From Azolla caroliniana (Eukaryota; Plantae; Polypodiophyta), in contig JBHGNT010000007.1 in NCBI GenBank assembly GCA_043228905.1, positions 3,844,001 to 3,908,000 of the forward strand: 64,000 bases of DNA, read 5' to 3'. Positions 25,801-38,940 of the stretch are shown one piece after another (position 1 is the stretch's first letter; each line of letters starts with the position of its first letter). The position numbers and the translations under genes are program-made. The notes under the pieces were generated by a model. It had not been told where the DNA came from. It was given only the letters and a program-made list of their open reading frames with translations, and ran no database searches.

Positions 25801-26801
25801 GTGCGAGGGTTATAACACTTATAACCCTTCTGCTCGTCCGAGTAACCGACCAAGATGCACTTCTCGGCCTTTGCGTCCTGCTTCCTCCTTTTCTCCTTCG
25901 GTACATGCACATACGCAATGCTACCGAATACCCTCAAGTGTCGCAAGTTCGGCTTCGTTCCGAAATATAGCTCGTGCGCCGACACTTTGTCTCCGATCCG
26001 GTTTTGGATGTATACCGCGGTCCTTACCGCCTCGGCCCAGTAGAACTTGGGCAAGCTCTTCTCCTCCAGCATTGCCCGTGCCGCTTCCACAACTGACCGA
26101 TTCTTTTTCTCGGCCACGCCGTTCTGCTCTGGCGTGTATCTACAACTGAACTCGCGGCGAATTCCCATTTGTTGTAGATAACCGTTGAATTGACCGGAAA
26201 AGTACTCTTTTCCGCCATCCGACCGCAGGCACTTGATCTTTCGTCCCGTTTCGGCTTCCACGAACCCTTTGAGGTCCCGGAAACAGTCGAAGACTTCGCT
26301 CTTCCTCTCAATGAGGTAGATCCACGTGTGCCGCGTGTGGTCGTCGATGAAGGAGACGAAATATTGGCTCCTGCCAAGACTAACATTTTGTGCCGGCCCC
26401 CATACATCGGAGTGTATAAGGTCGAGCTTGTTCCGGCTCCAGTTTCGCTCGTTGGGGAAAGGAAGTCGGTGTTGCTTTCCGAGCTGGCAGGCTTCACAAA
26501 TTTGTGCCTTTCGGCCACTAAATTTGGGCAATCCAAATACTACCTGTTTCGATTGCAGATCTTGAAGCCGTTGGTGGTTGACGTGGCCTATCCGCTTGTG
26601 CCACAAGTCGATGTCCGACTCGGTCTTTTGTCCCTTCGCGAACATTGCGGTGCCGCCGTCAGTGGAGTCGAGGATGAACATCCTCCCGTCTCTGCGCCCT
26701 TGCGCAATCACACAGCCTTCTTCCTCAATGAAGCACCCGAGGTGTGTAAACCGCACCTCCATCCCTTGGTCGACGATCTGTCCGACCGAGACCAAGTTCT
26801 T
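22818..26801 (-). mobile_element. 5'-truncated duplicate of copia A (3' LTR 22818-23201; IN, RT, RH open in ORF 23196-26834)
   Basis: Matches 52021-56004; breaks abruptly at ACCAAGTTCTT|AAGG with no gag, protease or 5' LTR. Confidence 0.93.
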
Positions 26802-27008
26802 AAGGCCTATTGAATAGCCACCACTCGAAATCATGACAGAATCATAATTTCCATGTCCTTATATATTCTGATAAGAGCCGTACCAAGAAGTAATGATGGC
26901 AAGAAAATATTTGGTTTTCAATTTTTTGTTTCTTTCTTTTTCTCTTTTTCTATTTTACCAGTTTTTTTTTCTTGTTTTTTCTTTTTCCTTTTTTTTTCAT
27001 AATAACAT

Positions 27009-28500
27009 TTACAAGTATAACCTTCCGACCCTTACAGCTAGTCGGCTGACTGCCATTGGAATAGATTTGCCAGAGTCAGCCCTTGGTATGGTTTGACATG
27101 AAAACCATTGAGCCATTTCGGTAATACTTCTCCTGCTAACGTACCAATTTGTTGCGTGCCATTGTAGTTGTTGACAATCCAAAATGGGCCTGTCCATCTA
27201 AACCGCCATTTTCTAGGCATAGTCCCCATTTTGGTCTGAAACACCAAAACTGGCTTACCGATGTCGAACAATTTTTCCTTACTTTTGCAATGTCAATCGA
27301 CAAATTCCTTCATTTTTCGTTGTTTTTGCTCCAAATACCACATTGATTGCAATTGACCTTCCTCTAGATTTAGCAACTACTCTTTCCAAATTTGCTCCGA
27401 CTGTTCTTCATCCAGACGCTCTATTACTTGAACTCTTAAGCTCGAAATTTGAAATTCTATTGGCATAATTTCCTCTAAACCGAATGCCATCTTGAATGGA
27501 GTCGATCAAATCATCATTTTGTATGTCGTTCGGTAGGCCCATAAAGCAATGTGAAGCTTCTGATCCCAATCAGTGTGATTTTCATTCACTATTTTTTTCA
27601 AAATAGTTTGGACTGTTTTGTTCGTAGATTCGGCTAATCCATTTGCTTGCGGGTAATATGGTGTACTTCTTTTGTGCACTACTGCATAATAGTGGGATAA
27701 TTTAAAAATAACTTTATTAACAAAATGAGTACCTTGATCAATGACAAGTTCGATTGGACAACCGAATTTGCACCATATGCCCATTCGTATAAAAACTTAG
27801 CGGTTGAAGCTACCATATTATCTCGCAAAACTTTGGCTTCGACCCATTTCGTACAGTAGTCAGTAGCGACTATGACATATCAGTTACTTGTTCTTGTCGC
27901 CGCCGGTTTAGATGGCTTGACAAAATTGAGACCCCATTTTTGAAAAGGTTCGAGCGGCAACATTGGTTGATGAGGTATCCGATCCTTTTCATTAGGTTGG
28001 CCCATACATTGACACAAGTCGCATTGTCGACAATACTCCACCATAGTCTACTATTCCAAATCTTTTGGGCCGTCGTTTCTCTTGCATAATGACCTCCGAC
28101 TATACTGCAATGTGCTTCACATAGAATGGCTTCTTTTTCGAATTGCCAAATCGCCCTCCTCCAAATTCCATCCGCTCCTTTATGATATAAGGTTTCCTTG
28201 GGCAAGCAGAAATTCCGACTCTGAACCACGAGTCGTTTCCGTTCATCAGGTGACATGCCCTCAGGTGGTAATCCGATACTAAGAAATATCGTGATTTCAA
28301 TGATTCATCAATCAACGATTTCATCATCGACTTCCATCGTATTCTCAACTTCCACCCGAAATAGTTGTGCATCCGGAAAGTGATCCCGAACACCGATGCC
28401 TGGTTCTCCTAAATACAGTCGACTTAAATAGTCAGCTACGGCATGTTGCACCCCTAGTCGATGAACGATGTCAAATTCAAATTCCTATAATAGTAATGTA
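27009..28500 (-). pseudogene. Decayed RNase H-integrase fragment of a different, AT-rich Ty3/gypsy family
   Basis: H..IVGGHYA..TAQKIWNS.LWW, IDQGTHF, STPYYPQANGLAESTNK, LWAYRTTYK and RWTGPFWI motifs, with stops and frameshifts. Confidence 0.85.
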
Positions 28501-28652
28501 ACATTGGCCTTGTAGCTTAAGACGTCAATCCAAATAATTGATGTTGCAAATGACAAGTTTACTAGCAGACCATCATTTTTCTATACTCTAGATTTTAGAA
28601 TTTCAATAACCTAATCTTGTAATCAGTATGTAGGAATATTTCCAAGTGTCTA

Positions 28653-31600
28653 TGTGAAAGATTATGTGCGGAAGCAATAGAAAAATGAACACTGAGAAAA
28701 TACATAGGTTTAATGGAGAGCTTGAATATACACAGTACGCAAGGGAGATAGAGAGAGAACACACATAACTAAATTCAAATATAATACTCAATCTGTACAT
28801 ACACCGTGCTCAGTGAGCACCTTTTATACAAGCCCTAACAATCGGGCTGACACAAGTACTAACAGTACTTCACTACTCATAAATGAGCCTCGACACTTAC
28901 TCCCAAAACTATTCCTTACGAGGAATATCTCTCTAAAGGCCTTTCGGTTTACGCACTGATACGGCCTCTCGTTACGCACCGGTTTGCGTATCCCTTTTAC
29001 GCACCGGTCCGGCCTAACCGATCGGTCCCAACCGATCCGGTCCTCAGCTTGCTCAGCCGATCCGGCCGATGTTGAGCTTGTCTCTCAACACTCCCCCTCA
29101 AGCTCAACTTGACGCTCTTCCGGATCTTCTCGATCATCGCTCTGGTTCCTCCTGGCTCCACGCCTCACTCGCGCTCCTCAGCCTGTTCGACTCCATGCGC
29201 TTTGACCCTTCCGGTCGGCTTGTTTGCTCCCACGGCCCTTCAAAGCTCCCTTGTTGTCGCGGTGTTGGCGCTTCTCCTGCTGTCTTCTTTTCCGCTTGGC
29301 CCTCGGTTTATTTAGTGTATCCGAATCAAACATCTGAACCGACTCAGCTACCTACGATCAGTTTTCGCTCTCGTCCGAGTTGGCTGTCTCCAACTCGTCT
29401 TCGGTCTTCTTGCCCTTGACGGCGTCATCTCCCCCATGCTTGGTTTGCTTCGGCTCTTTCTTTCGGTTGCTCCCCTTATGTCCGCTTTTGGACTCTCCCA
29501 CGGATCTGCCCTCGGCTCCTTCAGCCGATCCGAAGTCGAATTCGTCATCCGACTCGGTGTCGCGGTCTTCGTCTTCCGGAACTTCTCTCCCTCTTCCATG
29601 GTCATTCGGGATGTCTCTCCCCCTCAAGTTCGGCACGTCGAGGTGACACAACCCAAGCGTACCCGAGAATTGCCGCAACTTGTCCAGACCAAGAGGCTTG
29701 GTGAAGATGTCGGCAGTTTGCCGATCCGTCGAAACATATTGAAGTTCGACTTCACCAAAAAGGACACGCTCATGGACAAAATGGTAGTGCACGTCAATGT
29801 GCTTGGTCCGTGCGTGGAAAACGGGGTTCTTCGCGAGCTGGATGTTGCTGAGGTTGTCGCAGTAGATCGTCATCGGATCGGACACCTCCTCTTGCAAGTC
29901 CTTAAGTAGCCGTTGCAACCATATGGCTTCGCATGTCGCGATAGCCGCTCCTCGGTACTCAGCTTCGGTGCTCAACAATGCAACTGTCGGCTACTTCTTA
30001 CTGCTCCACGCTATCGTGGCACTCCCAAGAGAGAATGTGTATCCAGACGTGGATCGGCGATCCGCGGCGTTGCCAGCCCAATCAGCATCGGTGTAGCCAA
30101 CCAACTACGAGGTTGTACCGATCCGATATAGCAGTCCCCGATCGTTAGTGCCGCTTATGTACCGCAGTACGCGTTGTGCACACTGAAGGTGCTCCTCGGT
30201 AGATCGTGCCACAAACTGACTGATCACCCCAACCGGATAACTAAGATCGGGTCGGGTGATTGTCAAGTAGATAAGGCTTCCGAAAATTTGTCGGAACCTT
30301 GTCGGGTCGCATACCTTTCCGGAATTGGGGCGAAGCTTGACGGTTCCATCCAGAGGAGTCGAGACGGACTTACAGTCGGCCATCCCGAATTTGAAGAGCA
30401 TACTCAGCACATAATAGTGTTGGCTTATCAATATGCCTTCAGGGGTACGGATCACTTCGATCCCGAGGAAGTAATGAAGATCCCCCAGATCCTTCATGTC
30501 GAACGATGCCGCAAGCTGGAGCTTCACGCGGTCGATTTCACCTAGGTTGGCGCCGGTCATGACCAAGTCATCAACATATAGTAAAATACTGACCGGTTAG
30601 GTGGAGGCGGATGACGATCCGGAAGACGAGGAGGAGTAAAGCATGGACCGGTTATCTCCAGCAAGAGCCCAATTTTGGCGCATACCGGTGGATGCGCGGT
30701 TAGGTGGGGGCGGATATCGTGAGGAAAACCGTCCCTAGGCGGAAACCGAGTTTAGCGTGTGTAAACTGGCCCTTACACGCGAGCACACTTTTCGTTGTAT
30801 GGTAAGTAGGTAGGTACAAGTCGGCTGAGGTGAAATCCTAGGTAGCACACATTCAATAGGGAGAGAATCGAGGTGTATCTCTGTCCGAAAGGACAGATAA
30901 TTAATGTGATGTAACGGATGATAACAGCCTCCCTCCTTGAGCTATAAAAGAGAGGGAGAGGAATGAAAAAGGTATCGTGCATTAGAGGGGACGAAGTGTT
31001 GCCGAACTAGGACCGAGCCCTTCTCCTTTGCCATTCTCCATAGCCATTTTATGCGCAGGTTTTGGGAGGCAGACTCTGCTCCGAGGAACGCCCATGTGCT
31101 TCCAGCAGAGTCCCCATCTCGCTCTTCTGTGTATGAGTGAACAGGCGTCGGTGTTCGCCTTGCCGGCCTATTAGTTGTAACCATCTTGATATATATATAT
31201 ATATATATACATACGTGTACATATACTCGGACTTCTAGTCGTCTCGTTTTGTTGTGTTGTTGAACTGTGATTCCTGTGTGCTCTCGTGTCTGTGCGTGTG
31301 CAAGTGCGTCTGTTGCCTTTCTGTTCTCCTCCTTCTCAGCTATTTCTCGGTCCAAGACCCCGGTGGTCCCGCCTCATTCTCCACGCATCCCGAACATCAC
31401 CATGCCATTCTTAGACGACATCCCAATCAGGGGATGCCCAGTGGAGAAAAAGGACGACACAATCGGACCGGACGGATGTCGGAATTTCGTGGCAACTCAC
31501 ATCGATGACTGCGAGAAGGTGCTGCAGAGACTAGAAGGCGCGAGGCTCACCTTCTTTGGGGAAAAATCGGCCTTCGGGCAATCAGAGATCATGGTCGTCA

Positions 31601-34600
31601 GGCACCTATAGGGACAATACGGTCGGAAGCTGTCTCCGGCCAAGGTGGAAGCCATCTCCGCGATGAAGCATGACTGCAATTCGGTTACGGAGGTTCTCAG
31701 ATTCTTGGGAGCATGCGCGTTCTACCATATCTGGATCCCACATTACGCCCACGTCGCGGAGCCACTGTATGGGTTGCTGAAGAAAGGGCGTAAATTCGAG
31801 TGGGGAGACGAGCATACAAAGTCAGTCCGAAAGATGAAGGAAGCACTTCCCACAGCACCGGCGCTCCGGAAGGCTGTGTACGGCAAAGACACTCCGATTT
31901 ACGTAACCGTAGACACGAGTCCGACCGGGATCGGATGGGTGATCAACCAAGAGGATGATGTTGGCACAAGGTTCCCCATCCGGTTCGGCAAGAAGGTCCT
32001 CAGTGAGCGACAACGAGGATACGCCCAGTTCAAATGCAAACTCTGGGGTAACGTTTCGGCGGTAAAGGCCGATAAAGACTATCTGATCGGGACGGAAGTG
32101 ATCATCGAGACGGACTGCCTCCTAATTCTCGGCATGGTTTCCGGATGCGCGATGCCGGACCTAGCAATGCTCCGGTGGATAGCGTACATTAAGTCCCTAA
32201 ACCCGGAGATACGGCACATCTCCAGAAAGGATAACGCCATGGCCGACATGCTTTCGAGAGCGAGGTTCAACGACGAAGACGGGATTGTTTCAGATGACGA
32301 AGAAGTCGGCGAGGATTTTTTCGGGTCGGCTAACATGATGACGAGGAAAGGGGACACTCCGGCGCTGAACGAATTCAACGAGAGCAAGTATGACGAGGAG
32401 TGACTCCAGATCGGCGGGCTCCTGAAAACAATGACATCGGACGCGGTGTGGACGAAGGAAGAGACCAACCGGATCCGGAAGAAAGCGTACCGATTCTTCC
32501 TTCGAGGCGGGTACATATGGAAGCACCCGAAGAAGAGGGACGGCATCCCGCTCCGAGTGGTGGCGAAGAAGGAGGAACAGGAGGAGTTGTTGGAGGCCTA
32601 CCACGAGAGTCCCTGGGCCGGACACCGTAGAACGTGGGCCACGTTCGAGAAGCTAAAGGGGAAGTACTGGTGGCCGGGACTGTACCGGGACGTGCATCGG
32701 TTCGTGACGACTTGTGAAAGCTGTCAGATGCACTCCATAGTCTGACACCGGGACCTACCCTCCGACCGTCCACTTCAAATGGATGGTGCATTTGGTGACG
32801 ATGGCAATGGGGGTAGGACAAATGCGGTATCTAGTGCTGGCTCGAGAGGATCTGACGAACCAGGTTGAAGGCCGAGCGCTGCAGAACAAAATGACCGTGG
32901 TTGTGTGCCAGTTTTTGATTGAGGATGTGATATGTCGATACGGGAGTTTAGGAAAGATCGTGGCTGACCGCGGAGAGTTGGACGCGCAAGAGGTTGAAGA
33001 GTTGTTTGACCGACTAGGGGTCAAACTCTCACTCACCACAGCGTACAATCTGAAGGCTAACGGCAAGGTGGATCGCGGACACGGGCCAATCGTCAAAGTG
33101 CTAGTACGGGCGTGTGAAGGCCAAGTCAGGAACTGGCCGCGACTGCTACCTTATGCCTTGTGGGCGGACCGAACTACGCACAGTTCGGTAACCGGGTTCA
33201 TGCCGGCAGAGCTTATGTACGGACAGAGGCTGATCATGCCAACAAAGCGAACCATCTCCTCATGGGCCACGGTGGACTGGAGAGATGAGATGAACCGGGA
33301 GGAGGTGTTAGCGGCACGGATTCGACAGCTCCAGCGAAGGCCGGAGGACGTGGAATGAGCCGCGGAGAAGCTTCGGTTGGCAAGGTTGAAGAACAAAGGG
33401 CGGTTTGACCGGACTCACCAACTGCGACCGAAGAAAATCGAGGAAGGCGACAGGGTCCTAGTGTATGACAGCAGCCTCAACAACCAGCACAAGGCAACGC
33501 GGAAGTTTGCAAGGAGGTGGTTCGGGCCTTACGTGGTGACAGGCGCCAACGACAACGGGACCTACCATCTCGCGGAGCTCGACGGTACAGGGATGGCAAT
33601 ACCGATAGCGGGGAAGAGGGTCAAAGCGTTTAAGAAACGACACGAGTGTGAGCCGAATCTGGAAAGCATGGACGGCAACGACGGGCGGTCCGAGGCGGAT
33701 GACGATCCGGAAGACGAGGAGGAGTAAAGCATGAACCGGTTTTCTCCAGCAAGAGCCCAATTTTGGCGCATACCGGTGGATGTGCGATTAGGTGGGGGTA
33801 GATGTCGTGAGGAAAACCTTCGCTAGGCGGAAATCGAGTTTAGCGTGTATAAACCGGCCCTTACACGCGAGCACACTTTTCGTTGTATGGTAAGTAGGTA
33901 GGTACAAGTCGGCTGAGGTGAAATCCTAGGTAGCACGCATTCAATAGGGAGAGAATCGAGGTGTATCTCTGTCCGAAAGGACAGAGAATTAATGTGATGT
34001 AACGGATTATAACGGCCTCCCTCCTTGAGCTATAAAAGAGAGCGAGAGGAATGAAAAAGGTATCGCGCGTTAGAGGGGACGAAGTGCTGCCGGACTGGGA
34101 CCGAGCCCTTCTCCTCTGCCATTCTCCATAGCCATTTTATGCGCAGGTTTTGGGAGGCAAACTCTGCTCCAAGGAACGCCCGTGTGCTTCCGGCAGACTC
34201 CCCATCTCGCTCTTCTCTGTGTGAGTGAACAGGCGTCGGTGTTCGCCTTGTCGGCCTGTTAGTTGTAACCGTCTTGATATATATTTATTTATTTATATAC
34301 ATACGTGTTCATATACTTGGATTTCTAGTCGTCTCGTTTTGCTGTGTTGTTGAACTGTGATTTCTGTGTGCTCCCGTGTCTGTGCGTGTGCAAGTGCGTA
34401 TGTTCCCTTTCCGTTCTCCTCCTTCTCAGCTATTTCTCGGTCCAAGACCCCAATGGTCCTGCCCCGTTCTCCACGCACGCGCGTAACAACACGACACCGG
34501 ACCGAGTCAACCTTTACGGATGAACAGGGAACAATCCGATTTTGACGTTGTAAAGCCCATCCGACGTAGTTGTTGCGTGATCTTCGCGTTCCAGGCACGC

Positions 34601-36779
34601 AGGGCTAGCTTCAGTCCGTAAAGGGACTTCTTCAATTGGCACATTGCCAATGTGTTCATTCCGGAGTGAAATCCGGGGGGTTGTTCCATGTACACATGTT
34701 CCTCAAGCTAACTTTGTAGGAACGCATTCTTTACATCCATCTGATGTAAGTGCCACCCCTTTGCCGCAGCTACCGCGAGCAAAACACGAACAGTCATCAT
34801 CTTCGCGACCGGCGCAAACGTCTCATCGTAGTCGATGTCGTGTTTCTGCGCGTAGCCTTTTGCCACTAACCGGGCCTTGTATCGGTTGACCGAGCCGTCG
34901 GTGTTGTACTTGACTTTGTACACCCACCTACATCCGATCAGCTTCACACCTTTCGGTGCGTCAACCAGGTCCCAGGTCTCGTTTTCCGCCAATGCGTTTA
35001 TCTCTTCCTCCATCGCGGCACGCCAATTCGCGTCCTTAGCCGCTTCTGTGTAGCTGTCCGGCTCACGCACTTCCGCTACATGGGTTCTTCTGGCGAGTAG
35101 ATCGGCATAATTGGTCATTAGCCTATATCGAGGTCTTCTCGGCCGATGCGGACTTCGCTCTTGAAGACCCGTCACCGCTTCCCTCGGAGTCAAACTCGCA
35201 TCGGTCTGACTCGTTCCTATCCGTGCCGGAATCCGACACCTTCTTCTTCCCTTTCTCTTTGCGTATAAGCCGTCTTCTCGGCTTCCTGCGCGGGGAATGC
35301 ATGGTCAAACCGACTGTGTCGTCCATTCAGTCCACTTAACCAAAACGAAATCGGACTCTCTTCGCGGGTCCCGATTTCAGGATCATCCGGAGGCATCTCA
35401 GTCTCGCTGACCTCATCGTCAGAACTAGGATTGGAGGTGAGGTGCGGAGTCGGAGGCAAGTACCAGGACGCGGACTCGTCAAACACAACGTCGCGGCTCA
35501 TGCACGCTTGTTTGGTGTGCGAGTTATAACACTTATAACCCTTCTGCTCGTCCGAGTAACCGACCAAGATACATTTCTCGGCCTTTGCGTCCAGCTTTCT
35601 CCATTTCTCCTTCGGCACATGGACATACGCAATGCTACCAAAAAATCGTAAGTGTCGCAAGTTCGGCTTCATTCCGAAATATAGCTCGTGCGCCGACACT
35701 TTGTCTTCGATCTAGTTCTGGATGTATACCGCGGTCCTTACCGCCTCGGCCTACTAGAACTTGGGCAAGCTCTTCTCCTCCAGCATTGCCCATGCCACTT
35801 CCACAACCGACCGATTTTTCCTCTCGGCCACGCCGTTTTGCTCGAGTGTGTATCTACAACTGAATTCGCGCCGAATTCCCATCTGTTATAGATAACCGTT
35901 GAATTGACCGGAAAAGTATTCTTTTCTGCCATCCGACTACAGGCACTTGATCTTTCTTTCTGTTTCCGTTTCCACGAACCCTTTGAGGTCCCGGAAACAA
36001 TCGAAGACTTCTCTCTTCCTCTCAATGAGGCGCGTGTAGTCGTCGATGAAGGAGATGAAATATCGGCTCCCGCCAAGACTAACGTTTTGTGTCGGCCCCC
36101 ACACATCGGAGTTTATCAGGTCGAGCTTGTTCCGGCTCTGGTTACGCTCGTTGGGGAAGGGAAATCGTTGTTGCTTCCCAAGTTGGCAAGCTTCACAAAT
36201 TTGTGCCTTCCTGGCACTAAATTTGGGCAATCCGAACACCACCTGTTTCGATTGCAAGTCTTGAAGCCGTTGGAAGTTGACGTGGCCTATCCGCTTGTGC
36301 CATAAGTCGATGTCCGACTTGACTTTTTGTCCCTTTGCAAACATTGCGGTGCCATCGTCAATAGAGTCGAGGATGAACATCCTCCCATCTCTACGCCCTT
36401 GCGCAATAACACGGCCTTCTTCCTCAATGAAGCACCCGAGGTGTGTAAACCGGACCTCCATCCCTTGGTCGACAATCTGTCCGACCGACACCAAGTTCTT
36501 CGTGATTGTCGGAACGTGTAGCACATTCATGAGTTTCCCTTTCTGCCTAACATGGCTCAGTGGAACTTCTCCGACATTCGCGATCGGATGCGGAGTGTCG
36601 TCTCCGGTTGCATCGGTTTTTCTAGGTACGAGAACCACTCCTTATGGCTCGTCATGTGATTTGATGAGCCAGAGTCGACGTACCACACCTCCTCTGACTT
36701 TGGGGTGATTTTCTTCATCGAGTTTGCTTCGTGTCTCGTCACGAAGACTGACCCTTTTCCGGCTTCTGCGGATCCTTCT
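28653..36779 (-). mobile_element. Decayed copia D (3' LTR 28653-29090; RH, RT, IN, PR), 5' part deleted, interrupted by gypsy G3
   Basis: Same family as copia A; RT split at CCGG (30593/34497); ends at TCCTTC microhomology joined to the G2 LTR. Confidence 0.9.
30597..34496 (+). mobile_element. Internally deleted gypsy G3 (LTRs ~30715-31387 truncated and 33803-34496; RT 3' half, RH, IN)
   Basis: TSD CCGG/CCGG; PFLDDIP, RNase H and integrase ORF pieces; gag-PR removed by a deletion at GCA microhomology; extra ~118 bp before the 5' LTR. Confidence 0.88.
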
Positions 36780-36853
36780 CAGCTATTTCTCGGTCCAAGA
36801 CCCCGGTGGTCCTGCTTAGTTTTCCACGCACGCGCGTAACAACGCGACATATT

Positions 36854-36871
36854 TGGTGAACCCGACGTGAA
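36854..36871 (+). promoter_or_regulatory. Primer binding site complementary to the tRNA-Trp 3' end
   Basis: TGGTGAACCCGACGTGAA is the reverse complement of ..TTCACGTCGGGTTCACCA, the plant cytosolic tRNA-Trp 3' end as I recall it; the G1 copy has one mismatch. Confidence 0.8.
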
Positions 36872-38777
36872 CAGGCGGCAGAGGAATAGAAAGATGAGGG
36901 GGTCGGATCTCGCGGAAGCCATGGCTTCGGTTGTGGATCGGATAGTGAGTACGCGCGAAGGCGCAGGCACCCTCGATAGGGCTATTGAAGCGGTCATCGG
37001 CACGATAGGCCGGTTCGGTGGGAAGGACGCCACAAGCTATTTGGAGGCCTACCGGGCCGAGATGGTAATGAGAGACACTCCGGAAGAAAGGCGATTGAAC
37101 GGATTCCCTCAGGTAGCAATGTCGGGCATCCATGCGGAGGTGCTCGAGGTACGGGCTGAGAGCCGGACCTGGGAAGAGTTTGAAGGTCGGCTCCTCAAAA
37201 AATACGAGCTTGATGACGTGCCTCGGCTCTCGAAACGGGACTTCATGGAATGGGTAGAGACCCCCGAAAAGGGGAGAAACGTGTCAGTGCTCCTCCAGGA
37301 GTTTGAAGAACGCTTTGCGCGTTTTTCGGCACTCGACCGGATCGTACTAGACACAAGTCGCGTCCTGTTGTTCGTTAAGTCAGTGGATGCGAGGGACCGG
37401 TAGCAAGTGGGTCTCCTGCTGGAGACTCATGACGGGCTGACGGCCAACTGGGCCGTGGTGAAGAGAGTCTGTGGCCGTTTCGACAAACGGCGAGAGTGGG
37501 TCTATAAAGGATCAACAGGGGCAGGCTCTGTAGCAGCAAGGAAACTTGAGCCAACCCCGCCAGCACGAAGGGAAGAGACCCGAATTTGGCTAGAGTCGGG
37601 GTCGGCATCGAACAACATGGTCAGAGGCCCATCCGGAGGAGCGGCTCTGGAGGAGCTGACACAGATGGTGCGCGACCTGCAGATCGCACAGGCCCGGAGA
37701 GACAGCGGCGAACAACCTCGCGATTGGAGGCCGTCGGCTGGGCAGCGGTGCATGTGGTGTGATGCGATCGGTGACATTTGGAAGGATTGCGCAGATTTCG
37801 CCGACGCACTCAGGACCAACGTGGTGTACCTCTGGAACGGGCGGGTGCACACGACTGAGACCCGGAGAGCCCTAGAACTGAATACGGGGCGTGGCGGAAT
37901 GAAGAAGTTGATGGAAGAGGCCACGGCACGGCATGTAGAAGCCATTAACTAATCAGTGTCGGCAGGAATTCGGGTCGGGGGTGATGAGACCTGGAAGGCG
38001 AAGGACTCCAGATTTTGGCCGCTAGTGCTAGAAGTCCTCTCCGAAGTTCGACTGAAGAAGGAAGAGACAGACCGCACGGAACAGCGGGTCCAGGAGGTCA
38101 CCGAATGGGACGATCCGATCGAAATAGAAAACGGACTTCGTAGAGGCTGCTTGCCAGAACTACGAGGTTCTGGTGGAAGACAAACGGGGAGGAAAGGCCG
38201 GAGGGGTCGATCCCCCGCAAAGGTACGAGACCCGGTTTGGACCGAAACCGACCGGTGCCGGCAACCCAGGCGTGCCGGACAGAAAGAAGCAGGCGGGGTT
38301 CCGGTTGAGCACCGAAATCGAGAGAGCAACTGGCCTACAAAAGGTCCTTGAAGAGCGAATCCTCGTTAGTAAAGTGGAGTTGTCGTTGCGGGAGGTGCTG
38401 GGAATCGCCAAGAGGGAGTTCCACGACTCCATCATAGACTTGGTGAAGCCGAAGAAGCTCTCGACGGAGCCGGAACCGAAGAAGTCGGTGGAGGTGCGGA
38501 CTACGCACTTAGAAGACACGGCCCTAGAAGACGAGTTGGCGGAAAGCCACTACGCAAAGCCGCATTGAGCCAGGGCAACTACGGAAACCCCTGTGCGGAT
38601 CGGCGACGTTCCGGAACCGGTGGTGGCCTTGGTAGACCATGGATCCGAAATCAACCTGATGTCCATGAACTTCTACAAAAAGGGGAAATGGCCGATCAAC
38701 ACCAAACACGGCTGGAAAATACGGGCAGCGACGCGTGCTACGGAGGAGCTGCATGGTGTGTGCCCGAATATACGCGT

Positions 38778-38940
38778 TGTCGTGCCTTTCGGCTTCGGAT
38801 CGTTGCATGAGTCGGGTGGGAAACCTCGTTTATTTATTGGTGATAAATATCTTGATATTCTTATTTTATTTATTTATATGTAATTAAATCGGTTATATTA
38901 TTTTTACTTTTTCACGTAGTGTACGAAATACACTACGACA
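38778..38940. mobile_element. 163-bp miniature solo LTR / TRIM-like insertion
   Basis: TGTCGTG...TACGACA termini, perfect 4-bp TSD GCGT, AT-rich interior; interrupts the protease region (PNIR|VKVGDIEI). Confidence 0.88.

Larger units (their letters stand above)
17720..26801 (+). repeat. First copy of a 9082-bp direct duplication (second copy 46923-56004)
   Basis: ORF translations are identical at a constant offset of 29203 bp; both ends checked by eye. Confidence 0.95.

Noticed and set aside
23196-26834. 1212-aa ORF as an independent gene with its own start
   Set aside because: The first ~11 residues come from unrelated sequence beyond the 26801 breakpoint; it is truncated copia A pol.
31188-31212. 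(TA)n microsatellite
   Set aside because: Ordinary slippage within an LTR; the sister LTR has an interrupted version.
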